Sequence record: PP410321
Strand: one strand, 5' to 3'
Origin: Escherichia phage vB_EcoM_CUA3
Length of the DNA stretch: 64,000 bases
Below the pieces are notes generated by a model that worked only from the letters and a program-made list of their open reading frames with translations, was not told where the DNA came from and made no database searches. Shown in pieces: positions 54,298-63,151 of this stretch (positions are counted from its first letter, which is position 1; every line of letters starts with the position of its first letter). The position numbers and the translations under genes were made by a program.

Positions 54298-54951
54298 ATG
54301 GAACCAAAAGTAGGATTTTCATTATCAGACCTACTTTTTGGACTTCTTGATAGAATTTTTAAAGATACTTCTTCCGGGAAAGTAGTTTTTTCCCGGGTCC
54401 TAGTCGTAATATTATTGTTCTTTATGGCATTGGTTTGGTATAAAGGCGAGTATATTCTAAACTTTTATAAAGAGACTACTTATGCCTCTTATACTGAAAT
54501 GATTAGACAAGACCAGGACAATAGATTTAAAATTGCGGCTATCGAGCAGCTCCGAATAGTGCATTCTTCTTCAGGCGCAGACTTCACAGCAATATATTCT
54601 TTTAGGCCAACCAACATGAATTATTTTGTGGATATGGTAGCTTATGAGGGTAAATTACCGGAAACGGTAGACGCAAAAAATACGGGAGGATTTCCGATTG
54701 ACAAAACGTCAGTAGAGTATATGGCGGGAGTTAACGGGAATTATTTTGAATCATCTACTGAATCGGTGTTTCTCCCTACAAAAGAGAAAACCCATTTCAC
54801 TTATATGTTTTCGTGCCCGTTTTTTAATTTGGATAACATCTATGCCGGTTCGATATCATTATACTGGTATGACATCAAACCGGATTTAGGATTTCCTAGA
54901 CTTTCGTCTATGTGTGGTCAGGCCGGGAGGACATTAGGTCGAACTCGTTAA
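54298..54951 (+). CDS. t: Holin T
   Basis: 217 aa; single N-terminal TM; collinear with T4 holin t (DLLFGLLDRIFKD..., YSFRP.N.NYFVD..AYEGKLP, SCP.FNLDNIYAG). Confidence 0.9.
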   Translation: MEPKVGFSLSDLLFGLLDRIFKDTSSGKVVFSRVLVVILLFFMALVWYKGEYILNFYKETTYASYTEMIRQDQDNRFKIAAIEQLRIVHSSSGADFTAIYSFRPTNMNYFVDMVAYEGKLPETVDAKNTGGFPIDKTSVEYMAGVNGNYFESSTESVFLPTKEKTHFTYMFSCPFFNLDNIYAGSISLYWYDIKPDLGFPRLSSMCGQAGRTLGRTR

Positions 54952-55223
54952 AAATTGGAGGTATACATCATTAGATAACGGTGTATATCTTCATACCCTT
55001 CATTAAATTGCTCAATAAGAGTATCACGTTCATCTTCAGTTAAAGACTTAAAGAGTTTATTAAAAGATAGGCTGTTAAGTTCCTTTCCATGCTCATTACG
55101 AATACCCAACTCATTCAAAAAGGCAATAAACTCATCACGGCGTTGCATGATGTCTTCACAATCCGTTTTAATCAAAATAGAAACAATAGTAGCAATTTCG
55201 GAAACGATTTCAATTTTAGTCAT
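54948..55223 (-). CDS. asiA: Anti-sigma70 factor AsiA
   Basis: 91 aa; collinear with T4 AsiA (IFAFLNELG..., EQFNEGYEDIHRYL). Confidence 0.85.
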   Translation of the reverse strand: MTKIEIVSEIATIVSILIKTDCEDIMQRRDEFIAFLNELGIRNEHGKELNSLSFNKLFKSLTEDERDTLIEQFNEGYEDIHRYLMMYTSNF

Positions 55224-55264
55224 AATATTCTCTTCAATTCAGTACGTCATTATCTGATAGGGCT

Positions 55265-55293
55265 ATATTAACATATCTTTAGGAATTGTAAAC
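55265..55293 (-). promoter_or_regulatory. Early promoter (GTTTAC, 17 nt, TAATAT) for asiA
   Basis: Minus strand GTTTACaattcctaaagatatgtTAATAT. Confidence 0.5.
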
Positions 55294-55437
55294 AGGTTCT
55301 TCATTCTTTTTAACATATTCCTGGTACATTTCTTCGATAGGTTCTCGGAACTTAAAATCAGCTCTTAGGAATTCCTCAAAGCACTCCTGCTCACGCGTAC
55401 GCATACCTGTTACAGTGTTCTCTAAGTTATGACTCAT
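55279..55437 (-). CDS. Small acidic hypothetical protein
   Basis: 52 aa MSHNLENTVTGMRTREQECFEEFLRADFKFREPIEEMYQEYVKKNEEPVYNS; not in ORF track. Confidence 0.35.
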   Translation of the reverse strand: MSHNLENTVTGMRTREQECFEEFLRADFKFREPIEEMYQEYVKKNEEPVYNS

Positions 55438-55818
55438 ANNNNNNNNNNNNNNNNNNNNNNNNNNNNNNNNNNNNNNNNNNNNNNNNNNNNNNNNNNNNNN
55501 NNNNNNNNNNNNNNNNNNNNNNNNNNNNNNNNNNNNNNNNNNNNNNNNNNNNNNNNNNNNNNNNNNNNNNNNNNNNNNNNNNNNNNNNNNNNNNNNNNNN
55601 NNNNNNNNNNNNNNNNNNNNNNNNNNNNNNNNNNNNNNNNNNNNNNNNNNNNNNNNNNNNNNNNNNNNNNNNNNNNNNNNNNNNNNNNNNNNNNNNNNNN
55701 NNNNNNNNNNNNNNNNNNNNNNNNNTCATACCCTTTACCCTTATGTTTCTGTTTACGCTTAGACTCTTTAAAATTTTTCTTCTTATCTTTATGGACGGAA
55801 GCCTTATTGAAATCGTGC

Positions 55819-56100
55819 TTAGCTACCAGATTGATCACGTAATTTCCTTAATTGATATTCAAGAGAACTGATAATTTCTTTATTAGTTGCAATATACATA
55901 TCACGTAGGAATGGCTTCAACCCTTCCATATTTCCATGGATTGTCTTAGAACTAATATTCTTTATATATTCATGGTCTAAAGCATCCCATGCCGGCTGGT
56001 TGACATAAGTTCCCCAGTTATCTTCCACCATAACATTCAGACGTTTAATATGGTTGATATGGGCTTCGATTGCATCAATCTGGAGTTGTTTAAGATTCAT
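55819..56100 (-). CDS. Hypothetical protein (arn-region)
   Basis: 93 aa ORF, starts at stop of upstream gene. Confidence 0.5.
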   Translation of the reverse strand: MNLKQLQIDAIEAHINHIKRLNVMVEDNWGTYVNQPAWDALDHEYIKNISSKTIHGNMEGLKPFLRDMYIATNKEIISSLEYQLRKLRDQSGS

Positions 56101-56588
56101 TAGTAAAGGTCCTCAGAGTAAAGTTCTTTTTCACTACCACCGCGTTCAATACGAACTTGATTAGCATATGTTGCAATAATCATTGCTTCTTCGCGAGTCC
56201 AATAATTTGAGTATTGGTCGATAAATCCTTGGTCATCACCGCAAACATGCTCTGACACAAGTTTATCACTTACTTGGTCAAGCACTTCTGCCATATCTTT
56301 TGAATAATGACGAGCTCCTGGAATAACCAGAGTCCCACCGTCTTTTAACTTAAAGCGATTGGCTGCGCATACAATTCGACGTTGGTATTTTTCATTGTTG
56401 TTCCAATAAGCAATCTGCCAACAGATTTCCGGGACCTCTTCTAAAATATCCTCTTCCGAATATTCAGCGTAATCACCGTAGGCCTGTAATTTAGCTGCTA
56501 GACTTTCGGGTGTCTCACGAGAAAGAGCTTTATCTAACAAGGCCATTCGGTCTTTAAAGGATAATTCTTTACCTTTTAATGGATTCAT
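56100..56588 (-). CDS. Hypothetical protein, 162 aa (arn-region)
   Basis: Clean ORF; motifs RIVCAANRF and [10 protein letters not shown] of unknown family. Confidence 0.55.
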   Translation of the reverse strand: MNPLKGKELSFKDRMALLDKALSRETPESLAAKLQAYGDYAEYSEEDILEEVPEICWQIAYWNNNEKYQRRIVCAANRFKLKDGGTLVIPGARHYSKDMAEVLDQVSDKLVSEHVCGDDQGFIDQYSNYWTREEAMIIATYANQVRIERGGSEKELYSEDLY

Positions 56589-56944
56589 TTCACAATTACC
56601 TTATAACCNNNNNNNNNNNNNNNNNNNNNNNNNNNNNNNNNNNNNNNNNNNNNNNNNNNNNNNNNNNNNNNNNNNNNNNNNNNNNNNNNNNNNNNNNNNN
56701 NNNNNNNNNNNNNNNNNNNNNNNNNNNNNNNNNNNNNNNNNNNNNNNNNNNNNNNNNNNNNNNNNNNNNNNNNNNNNNNNNNNNNNNNNNNNNNNNNNNN
56801 NNNNNNNNNNNNNNNNNNNNNNNNNNNNNNNNNNNNNNNNNNNNNNNNNNNNNNNNNNNNNNNNNNNNNNNNNNGCTCTTCAATCAATTTAAGGGAATGG
56901 GCTTCGCCGTCCCAGTTAAGTTCCATCGGGATCATTTGAACCAT
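56585..56944 (-). CDS. Hypothetical protein (mostly masked)
   Basis: N-terminal [23 protein letters not shown] and C-terminal GYKVIVK visible; frame continuity depends on mask length. Confidence 0.3.
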   Translation of the reverse strand: MVQMIPMELNWDGEAHSLKLIEEXXXXXXXXXXXXXXXXXXXXXXXXXXXXXXXXXXXXXXXXXXXXXXXXXXXXXXXXXXXXXXXXXXXXXXXXXXXXXXXXXXXXXXXXXGYKVIVK

Positions 56945-57261
56945 CCTTTAACACGTTGCCATAAAGTTTTCTGTTGAGCTTTATTAACACCAATTGAACG
57001 AATAACCGGTTGTGATTCCTGGTATTCTTTGTAGTCGGCTTTATAGACTTCATAAGCGGCCGGAACAAAGGTGCTGATGGCAGCCATAAAGTTCTTACGA
57101 ATTCCCATAGAAGCTTCAGAACCGCCACGGATGATTAAGTATTTACCCGCTTTAATCTTAACAATACTTCCAAGATAAGCGCCATGGTACCAAATATCCC
57201 AACCTTCTTGAGTAGGTTCTGCACAACGACGAAGTTCATTAACAATATTCAGCTTGTTCAT
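56932..57261 (-). CDS. Hypothetical protein (motA.1 position)
   Basis: 109 aa ORF downstream of motA. Confidence 0.5.
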   Translation of the reverse strand: MNKLNIVNELRRCAEPTQEGWDIWYHGAYLGSIVKIKAGKYLIIRGGSEASMGIRKNFMAAISTFVPAAYEVYKADYKEYQESQPVIRSIGVNKAQQKTLWQRVKGWFK

Positions 57262-57279
57262 AATAATTTCCTCAGTCAG

Positions 57280-57912
57280 TTAAATTGCGTTGGTTACGGT
57301 TTTGATAACTTCAGATGATACGTTTTGGAAGTCGATATAAGTATTCTTACCACCAGTCTTAATCTTAACATCAAGATTCAAAGAAGTAAACACTTGTTTT
57401 TCTTTATCGGTCATATTATAACCGAAGATACGCATCATTCCGTCACGACGGACTTCGATTTGACGAATACCGTTGGTACGTTTAGCGAATCGAACTTCAA
57501 GATTGCTACGGTTTTCAGCGATTTCACGAATCTCGATACGGTCTTCTAACAAAGATTTAACTTCATCAGCCAGTACCACCATTTCAGGAGTAACACCACG
57601 TGAACTGCGAGTTTTACGTTTTTCCAACATCTCTGGAGCATTTTCAGAAGCGAACAGGTCAGCAGCTTTTTGAACTAAGTCCATTGCTTCACCTGTAGCC
57701 ACCAGCCCATCGCCAGATTTTTCGATAAATCCTTTCTTAATCAATACACCGATGTTAGAGTTAACTACCGCAGCACTAAATTGCTCACTCAGGGCTTCAC
57801 GGACTTCGCCTGAAGTGATGAAGTTATGCTTGATGATATGTACTAAGATCGAAGCAGTTTTTTCATTCAGGGCGTCTTCAGAAGCTTTGATGATATAAGT
57901 AATTTTAGACAT
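57280..57912 (-). CDS. motA: MotA middle-transcription activator
   Basis: 210 aa; collinear with T4 MotA (MSKITYIIKAS..., NSNIGVLIKKGFIEKSGDGL). Confidence 0.9.
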   Translation of the reverse strand: MSKITYIIKASEDALNEKTASILVHIIKHNFITSGEVREALSEQFSAAVVNSNIGVLIKKGFIEKSGDGLVATGEAMDLVQKAADLFASENAPEMLEKRKTRSSRGVTPEMVVLADEVKSLLEDRIEIREIAENRSNLEVRFAKRTNGIRQIEVRRDGMMRIFGYNMTDKEKQVFTSLNLDVKIKTGGKNTYIDFQNVSSEVIKTVTNAI

Positions 57913-57949
57913 TTTAATCTCCGNNNNNNNTCATTTATTTGATAGGTCT

Positions 57950-57978
57950 ATAGTATCATGTTTAAAGCAGAAGTAAAC
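57950..57978 (-). promoter_or_regulatory. Early promoter (GTTTAC, 17 nt, TACTAT) for motA
   Basis: GTTTACttctgctttaaacatgaTACTATagacctatcaaataaatga. Confidence 0.55.
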
Positions 57979-58294
57979 TTTATTTTGAGCTCTTTTTCAA
58001 GAGCTCTNNTNNNNNNNNNNNNNNNNNNNNNNNNNNNNNNNNNNNNNNNNNNNNNNNNNNNNNNNNNNNNNNNNNNNNNNNNNNNNNNNNNNNNNNNNNN
58101 NNNNNNNNNNNNNNNNNNNNNNNNNNNNNNNNNNNNNNNNNNNNNNNNNNNNNNNNNNNNNNNNNNNNNNNNNNNNNNNNNNNNNNNNNNNNNNNNNNNN
58201 NNNNNNNNNNNNNNNNNNNNNNNNNNNNNNNNNNNNNNNNNNNNNNNNNNNNNNNNNNNNNNNNNNNNNNNNNNNNNNNNNNTTTGATAGGTCT

Positions 58295-58323
58295 ATAGTA
58301 TCATGTTTAAAGCAGANGTAAAC
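58295..58323 (-). promoter_or_regulatory. Early promoter, near-identical duplicate of the motA promoter
   Basis: Same ~40 nt cassette 345 nt upstream of the first copy; drives masked gene(s) at 58009-58282. Confidence 0.5.
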
Positions 58324-58347
58324 ACTTTTTTGCACTAAACCCAAAAA

Positions 58348-58363
58348 GGAACCCGAAGGTTCC
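58348..58363 (-). terminator. UUCG-tetraloop hairpin directly after a small ORF
   Basis: Minus strand GGAACC-UUCG-GGUUCC followed by TTTTTGGG. Confidence 0.5.
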
Positions 58364-58468
58364 TTACTTTTTAAAGTGAGCTGCTATTAAACCTATAGCT
58401 AAGCCTGTCGCCAGGCCTAGGATAACAGCAAAGATACAGAGTAACAAGAACTCGACTCCAAGGCTCAT
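58364..58468 (-). CDS. Hydrophobic micro-protein (34 aa) translationally coupled to gp52
   Basis: MSLGVEFLLLCIFAVILGLATGLAIGLIAAHFKK; ATGA overlap with gene 52 stop. Confidence 0.35.
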   Translation of the reverse strand: MSLGVEFLLLCIFAVILGLATGLAIGLIAAHFKK

Positions 58469-59844
58469 AGAGCCTCCAAATCTTTAACATACTCAGTTAC
58501 AACATCAGTGGTTTTCCAGTATTGATGCTCTTCTTTCTTGGCCTTAGCTTCGAGGGCTAATTTCTTGGCTTCGTCAGAGGTAATATGGAAAATGTTCATT
58601 GCTACGAGTTTATCAGCATATTCACCATAGACTTTATTACCAGCTAATTCTTCGGTTAAAACCTTACGGGTCTTACCTTGGATAACCACTACGCCATCAA
58701 TAACATCTTTGATAAATGTGGCTTTAGCCAGCGCCAGTTTGAAAGCTTCTTCGGTTTCGATGATTTTACCATCAATACGTTTTTGTACAAAGGTCTTACG
58801 GACCTCAACGAAATCGCGAATCAGTTCAACTGCATCTTCGTAAACCTTGAGTTTACCTTTCTCATTAATGACGGTCAGGTTTTGTGAACGACGTTCTATT
58901 AACCCGAAGTCCTTCATGATTTTTTCGTGCTTCTTGTTTTCTTCAGTAGGCAATTCATATTCTTTACGAATCTTAACCTTGAAGCCGAAACCATTCTCGT
59001 CACAGTCGTCGTCATACGTGATATACCCTTTGTCTTCTAAAGGATCCAACACCTTAGCTACGTACGTTTCACGGTCGTATTTGTACGGGATTTCTGTGAT
59101 ATGCATTTGGGTTCGAGATGTGAACTTATACGTTCCACGAATCTCATAACTACCCGGTTCAATCTCAACAACATCACCGCGGAATTCAGGATAAGCCACC
59201 TTAGGCTTGGTTACTCGTTTTTCCTGAAGAACTTGCAACACAGCTTTCTTAACAGAATCAAAACTATGAGGAAGAATATTAGTTGCATAACCAGTTGCAA
59301 TACCGGAAACACCATTAAGAAGAACAGTAGGAATAATAGGCAGATAAAAAGCCGGTGGCTTATGTTCGACATCCGCATGAACCGGAGCATATTCTGTGTC
59401 CTTATAAACCTTTGCGAAATTAGTTCCAATTCGTGCAAAAATATAACGAGAGGCTGCAGCCTTTTGAACCAAACGAGAACCAAAGTTACCTTGCCCATCC
59501 AAAAGTGGGAAGTTGTTGTTCCATGTGTTAGCCATCAGAGCACCTGCTTCTTGAGCAGAGCCTTCACCGTGGTGATATCCAAGGTCGGCTACACCGCCTG
59601 CAATAGAAGCCAGTTTGTGGAATTTTTCTTTATTGCCACGAGCCATATCAAGACAACGAGCAACTACAAAACGTTGCACAGGTTTAAAGCCGTCAATCAT
59701 ATTTGGAATGGCACGGTTTTCGACAGTATACATGGCATAAGCCAGCGCTTCGTTGTCAATAATGCTTTTTAAGTCACGACGAGTAAAAGTATCATCGTAA
59801 ACATCTAAAGCCTGTTTAAAAAGGGTATCAATTACATCAGCCAT
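58465..59844 (-). CDS. 52: DNA topoisomerase II medium subunit gp52
   Basis: 459 aa; GyrA-like N-terminal breakage-reunion domain (FKPVQRFVV...), T4 synteny motA-52. Confidence 0.9.
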   Translation of the reverse strand: MADVIDTLFKQALDVYDDTFTRRDLKSIIDNEALAYAMYTVENRAIPNMIDGFKPVQRFVVARCLDMARGNKEKFHKLASIAGGVADLGYHHGEGSAQEAGALMANTWNNNFPLLDGQGNFGSRLVQKAAASRYIFARIGTNFAKVYKDTEYAPVHADVEHKPPAFYLPIIPTVLLNGVSGIATGYATNILPHSFDSVKKAVLQVLQEKRVTKPKVAYPEFRGDVVEIEPGSYEIRGTYKFTSRTQMHITEIPYKYDRETYVAKVLDPLEDKGYITYDDDCDENGFGFKVKIRKEYELPTEENKKHEKIMKDFGLIERRSQNLTVINEKGKLKVYEDAVELIRDFVEVRKTFVQKRIDGKIIETEEAFKLALAKATFIKDVIDGVVVIQGKTRKVLTEELAGNKVYGEYADKLVAMNIFHITSDEAKKLALEAKAKKEEHQYWKTTDVVTEYVKDLEAL

Positions 59845-59848
59845 AATT

Positions 59849-59989
59849 TTACCATACTAGTGAATGAATAACCATAATAACATCGGAAATAAAAAGCACA
59901 ACTTGGATAAGCCCGAATATTACCCCATAATACAGTGCTACTAATAAAGCAGCAAGGGCTAACGAGTAGCCCAAGATTTTCTTAATCAT
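59849..59989 (-). CDS. Hydrophobic micro-protein (46 aa)
   Basis: MIKKILGYSLALAALLVALYYGVIFGLIQVVLFISDVIMVIHSLVW; between ndd and 52 (ac/stp/52.1 position). Confidence 0.35.
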   Translation of the reverse strand: MIKKILGYSLALAALLVALYYGVIFGLIQVVLFISDVIMVIHSLVW

Positions 59990-60143
59990 TTTTAATCATC
60001 TTAAGTAAGCCGACAGAAGTAGAAAGCACCCAGGCAATAAACAGAAAACTTAAGAATACTGGACCTGGGGTCCACACGCCTAAAAAGAAGCAAACCGAAC
60101 AGACAATAGCCATAATAAGTTCAATAAAAACCAGAATAACCAT
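59982..60143 (-). CDS. Hydrophobic micro-protein (53 aa)
   Basis: MVILVFIELIMAIVCSVCFFLGVWTPGPVFLSFLFIAWVLSTSVGLLKMIKND; GAGGAAA RBS preceded by GCGUC-UUCG-GACGC hairpin. Confidence 0.4.
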   Translation of the reverse strand: MVILVFIELIMAIVCSVCFFLGVWTPGPVFLSFLFIAWVLSTSVGLLKMIKND

Positions 60144-60230
60144 ATTTTCCTCATTAGCGTCCGAAGACGCCTTTGGTTTTAAGATTGTTACGATAGAACT
60201 GCATCACATGTTCGTTATGGAAATTACTCA

Positions 60231-60680
60231 TTAGTAAGCCTGCAGAACGAATTTAAAGTTATCAGCCAATATACGGTTCATTTCTTCCAGAGTCTGAAGG
60301 TCGGAACTATGGTTGCGAGTGAAAGCCATTGCAATTTGACCTTTACCAAAGCCTGTAGTCAGTGGTTTCATTTTAGAAGCAGGTACATAAAGAACTTCGT
60401 ACACTACGCCATTCACAGCCATGGTACGAGCTGATTGTGAACGTTTCTTACGAATGTTAGCCACAATACCATCAAGACCTTGAGCTGAACGTTGGTTGCC
60501 GACATAAAAGCGTGCAGCTACGACACGAGAATCCGCTCCACCTTTAACAAAGAAGTAGAAGCCAGGTTGAGCAGAGATTTCTTTAGAAGGTTTACCATTT
60601 TGGTATTCACCGTTCTTAACATAAGCAACAGTAGTAGCACCAGCAGACAGAACGTTACGGCGAGTCATATAAGTATTCAT
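60231..60680 (-). CDS. ndd: Nucleoid disruption protein Ndd
   Basis: 149 aa; [10 protein letters not shown] and C-terminal [16 protein letters not shown]...[18 protein letters not shown] as in T4 Ndd. Confidence 0.75.
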
Positions 60681-60757
60681 ATCAATTTCCTCAGTAGATT
60701 AATGTTTTGTTATCCAGTCAACGAGAACCATTATAACATGATTCTCGAGGTTGTAAA

Positions 60758-61102
60758 CTATTTTTGTAGCTGTTCTAAAATAAATCCGCTCGTATAAAAA
60801 GAAGCATTATAAACCTTATTCAGAGGGTGCAAAGCACGTCCGTATGTATCACGTAATTCTTTGATAACATTTTCATAACTCACATAGTAAGCACTACGAT
60901 AGTCAGGGTCCATGCTCATACGGAATTTGATGAATCGATAAAAACCTGTATCCGGGTCTTGAACGAAAACGAAATCCGCACTTGCCATAGTTTTTAAATC
61001 TAGCCCAGTAACCAGTTCTTGATTGAAGGCCGCCAATGCCTCTTTAAGACTGAGCTGCTCAAAGAACATAACCTTAGCATTACCAAAAAATACTTTAGAC
61101 AT
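60758..61102 (-). CDS. Hypothetical protein (ndd.1 position)
   Basis: 114 aa ORF. Confidence 0.45.
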   Translation of the reverse strand: MSKVFFGNAKVMFFEQLSLKEALAAFNQELVTGLDLKTMASADFVFVQDPDTGFYRFIKFRMSMDPDYRSAYYVSYENVIKELRDTYGRALHPLNKVYNASFYTSGFILEQLQK

Positions 61103-61514
61103 AATATTTTCCTNNNNTATTCAGCGTCNNNNNNNNNNNNNNNNNNNNNNNNNNNNNNNNNNNNNNNNNNNNNNNNNNNNNNNNNNNNNNNNNNNNNNNN
61201 NNNNNNNNNNNNNNNNNNNNNNNNNNNNNNNNNNNNNNNNNNNNNNNNNNNNNNNNNNNNNAAAGGAGAAATGCGAATCAATTGTTGCCCATTATGTAAT
61301 ACAAAGCTCTCACCAACTGCGACATCTTTAAAAAGTTTCATAATATTTTCCTCAGAATTAAAGAANNNNNNNNNNNNNNNNNNNNNNNNNNNNNNNNNNN
61401 NNNNNNNNNNNNNNNNNNNNNNNNNNNNNNNNNNNNNNNNNNNNNNNNNNNNNNNNNNNNNNNNNNNNNNNNNNNNNNNNNNNNNNNNNNNNNNNNNNNN
61501 NCATAATATTTTCC

Positions 61515-61631
61515 TCAGAAGTTAAAGAATACACGTACATGGTCAATCATAAAAACGATTGGGAAAATGCTCAATACCAAAAATAACACAAACATGTTCC
61601 AAATTGCTTTAAGTAAGTTTTTCATAATCAT
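61515..61631 (-). CDS. Hydrophobic micro-protein (38 aa)
   Basis: MIMKNLLKAIWNMFVLFLVLSIFPIVFMIDHVRVFFNF; GGAG RBS; behind early promoter. Confidence 0.3.
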   Translation of the reverse strand: MIMKNLLKAIWNMFVLFLVLSIFPIVFMIDHVRVFFNF

Positions 61632-61651
61632 CTCCATTAGTTGATATGTCT

Positions 61652-61680
61652 ATAATATCATGATTAATGGAGATGTATAC
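61652..61680 (-). promoter_or_regulatory. Early promoter variant (GTATAC, 17 nt, TATTAT)
   Basis: Cassette with conserved leader CAACTAATGGAG. Confidence 0.4.
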
Positions 61681-62062
61681 TGATTTATGCCAATTTCCAC
61701 AACAATAAACTAAAACATGCACAAATCACTGGGATACAGGTCAACCAAATAAGGCACCACATTTTGCTACTCAAAATACCACCTCTTTAATTTCAATNNN
61801 NNNNNNNNNNNNNNNNNNNNNNNNNNNNNNNNNNNNNNNNNNNNNNNNNNNNNNNNNNNNNNNNNNNNNNNNNNNNNNNNNNNNNNNNNNNNNNNNNNNN
61901 NNNNNNNNNCGAAGAAATTTACAATCAGAAAGAGATAACTCNGTAATATCANCTTCACCTGATGCATCATACATAGCAGCAACAACCATACCTGTAACTT
62001 TATGTTTAGCGTAATATAATTTGATATCCATTTTGTTTTCCTCTCATGTAGTTGATAGGAAG

Positions 62063-62092
62063 ATAGTAACACCNTCCATGGCGTATGTAAAC
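62063..62092 (-). promoter_or_regulatory. Early promoter (GTTTAC, 18 nt, TACTAT)
   Basis: GTTTACatacgccatgga.ggtgtTACTATcttcctatcaactacatgagagg. Confidence 0.45.
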
Positions 62093-62106
62093 ACTTATTT
62101 TTAAAA

Positions 62107-62625
62107 TTATAAGGCGAGATACCAGCCGTTATAATTGCTCTTACGGACTAGTTTTTTGATGGATTCTCTGTCACCAGAGAACTTAGGAGTGAACAGGACG
62201 TCGCCTGCCTCATTTACTGAAGTGTCGAATATAATTATACAATCTGCAACTTTATGATTCAAGAGCGGTCCCAGGTTTATCCCTGTTCCATAAGGGAAGT
62301 CACCTGAGTATCCTGTGGTGCAGGAAATCCACTTAGAATCTGACTGATGGGTCTTGACCTCTACACGTAGTCCACAGTACATAGGATGAGCTAAAACATC
62401 CCAGGCGTAAGTGTAAGGGTCGTCATGGTCTTCCAGACCACTATTAACATATCCTTTCAACCAATCAGCAACCATGTACTCGGCATACGTTGCAATGACA
62501 CACCGAGTCAATACTTCTTTCTTATCTTGGGATGGGTCTTGACTTAAGGAATACAACATGGTATCCTTAATCTTGACCTTCATTTCACCCGTTAAATCAG
62601 ATGTCTTCAGGGTAAATGTCGGCAT
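62107..62625 (-). CDS. Hypothetical protein, possibly endonuclease IV-like (denB position); true start may be in mask
   Basis: 172 aa visible from MPTFTLKT; assignment by position between ndd-region and rIIB only. Confidence 0.4.
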   Translation of the reverse strand: MPTFTLKTSDLTGEMKVKIKDTMLYSLSQDPSQDKKEVLTRCVIATYAEYMVADWLKGYVNSGLEDHDDPYTYAWDVLAHPMYCGLRVEVKTHQSDSKWISCTTGYSGDFPYGTGINLGPLLNHKVADCIIIFDTSVNEAGDVLFTPKFSGDRESIKKLVRKSNYNGWYLAL

Positions 62626-62915
62626 CNNNNNNNNNNNNNNNNNNNNNNNNNNNNNNNNNNNNNNNNNNNNNNNNNNNNNNNNNNNNNNNNNNNNNNNNNN
62701 NNNNNNNNNNNNNNNNNNNNNNNNNNNNNNNNNNNNNNNNNNNNNNNNNNNNNNNNNNNNNNNNNNNNNNNNNNNNNNNNNNNNNNNNNNNNNNNNNNNN
62801 NNNNNNNNNNNNNNNNNNNNNNNNNNNNNNNNNNNNNNNNNNNNNNNNNNNNNNNNNNNNNNNNNNNNNNNNNNNNNNNNNNNNNNNNTCACCGACATTC
62901 AGGTAATTAATCATT

Positions 62916-63113
62916 TTACTCACCGAAATAAGAAATACGAACCCCTAAACAATGAGCATAAGCACCCATCGCATCCAGTTGTGCGACCAGTAGCCCTTGT
63001 TGACGGATATCAAGAGTTTCAAAAACACCACCTTTAATAAACTCTTCGAGAGCATTAATTTTAAGAACTAACTGGTCGTATTCTTCAATTACACGTGCTT
63101 GGTAACCTAACAT
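62916..63113 (-). CDS. Hypothetical protein
   Basis: 65 aa; RBS GAGGAA preceded by GGAGGC-UUCG-GCCUCC hairpin at 63126-63141. Confidence 0.4.
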   Translation of the reverse strand: MLGYQARVIEEYDQLVLKINALEEFIKGGVFETLDIRQQGLLVAQLDAMGAYAHCLGVRISYFGE

Positions 63114-63151
63114 AATTCCTCNTTAGGAGGCCGAAGCCTCCGTTTATTGAT

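Noticed and set aside
46547-54350. Multiple >300 aa ORFs on both strands across the gp34-gp37 region consisting of X
   Set aside because: Produced by N-runs (46623-47961, 48426-49922, 50244-54271); only the plus-strand gp34/35/37 fragments have real sequence support.
55434-55838. 134 aa ORF with very basic N-terminus (MINLVAKHDFNKASVHKDKKKNFKESKRKQKHKGKGY)
   Set aside because: Only 37 codons are real sequence, it overlaps the 3' end of the gene at 55819-56100 by 20 nt, and the rest is mask; insufficient evidence to call a gene.
59101-59772. 223 aa plus-strand ORF
   Set aside because: Antisense inside topoisomerase gene 52.
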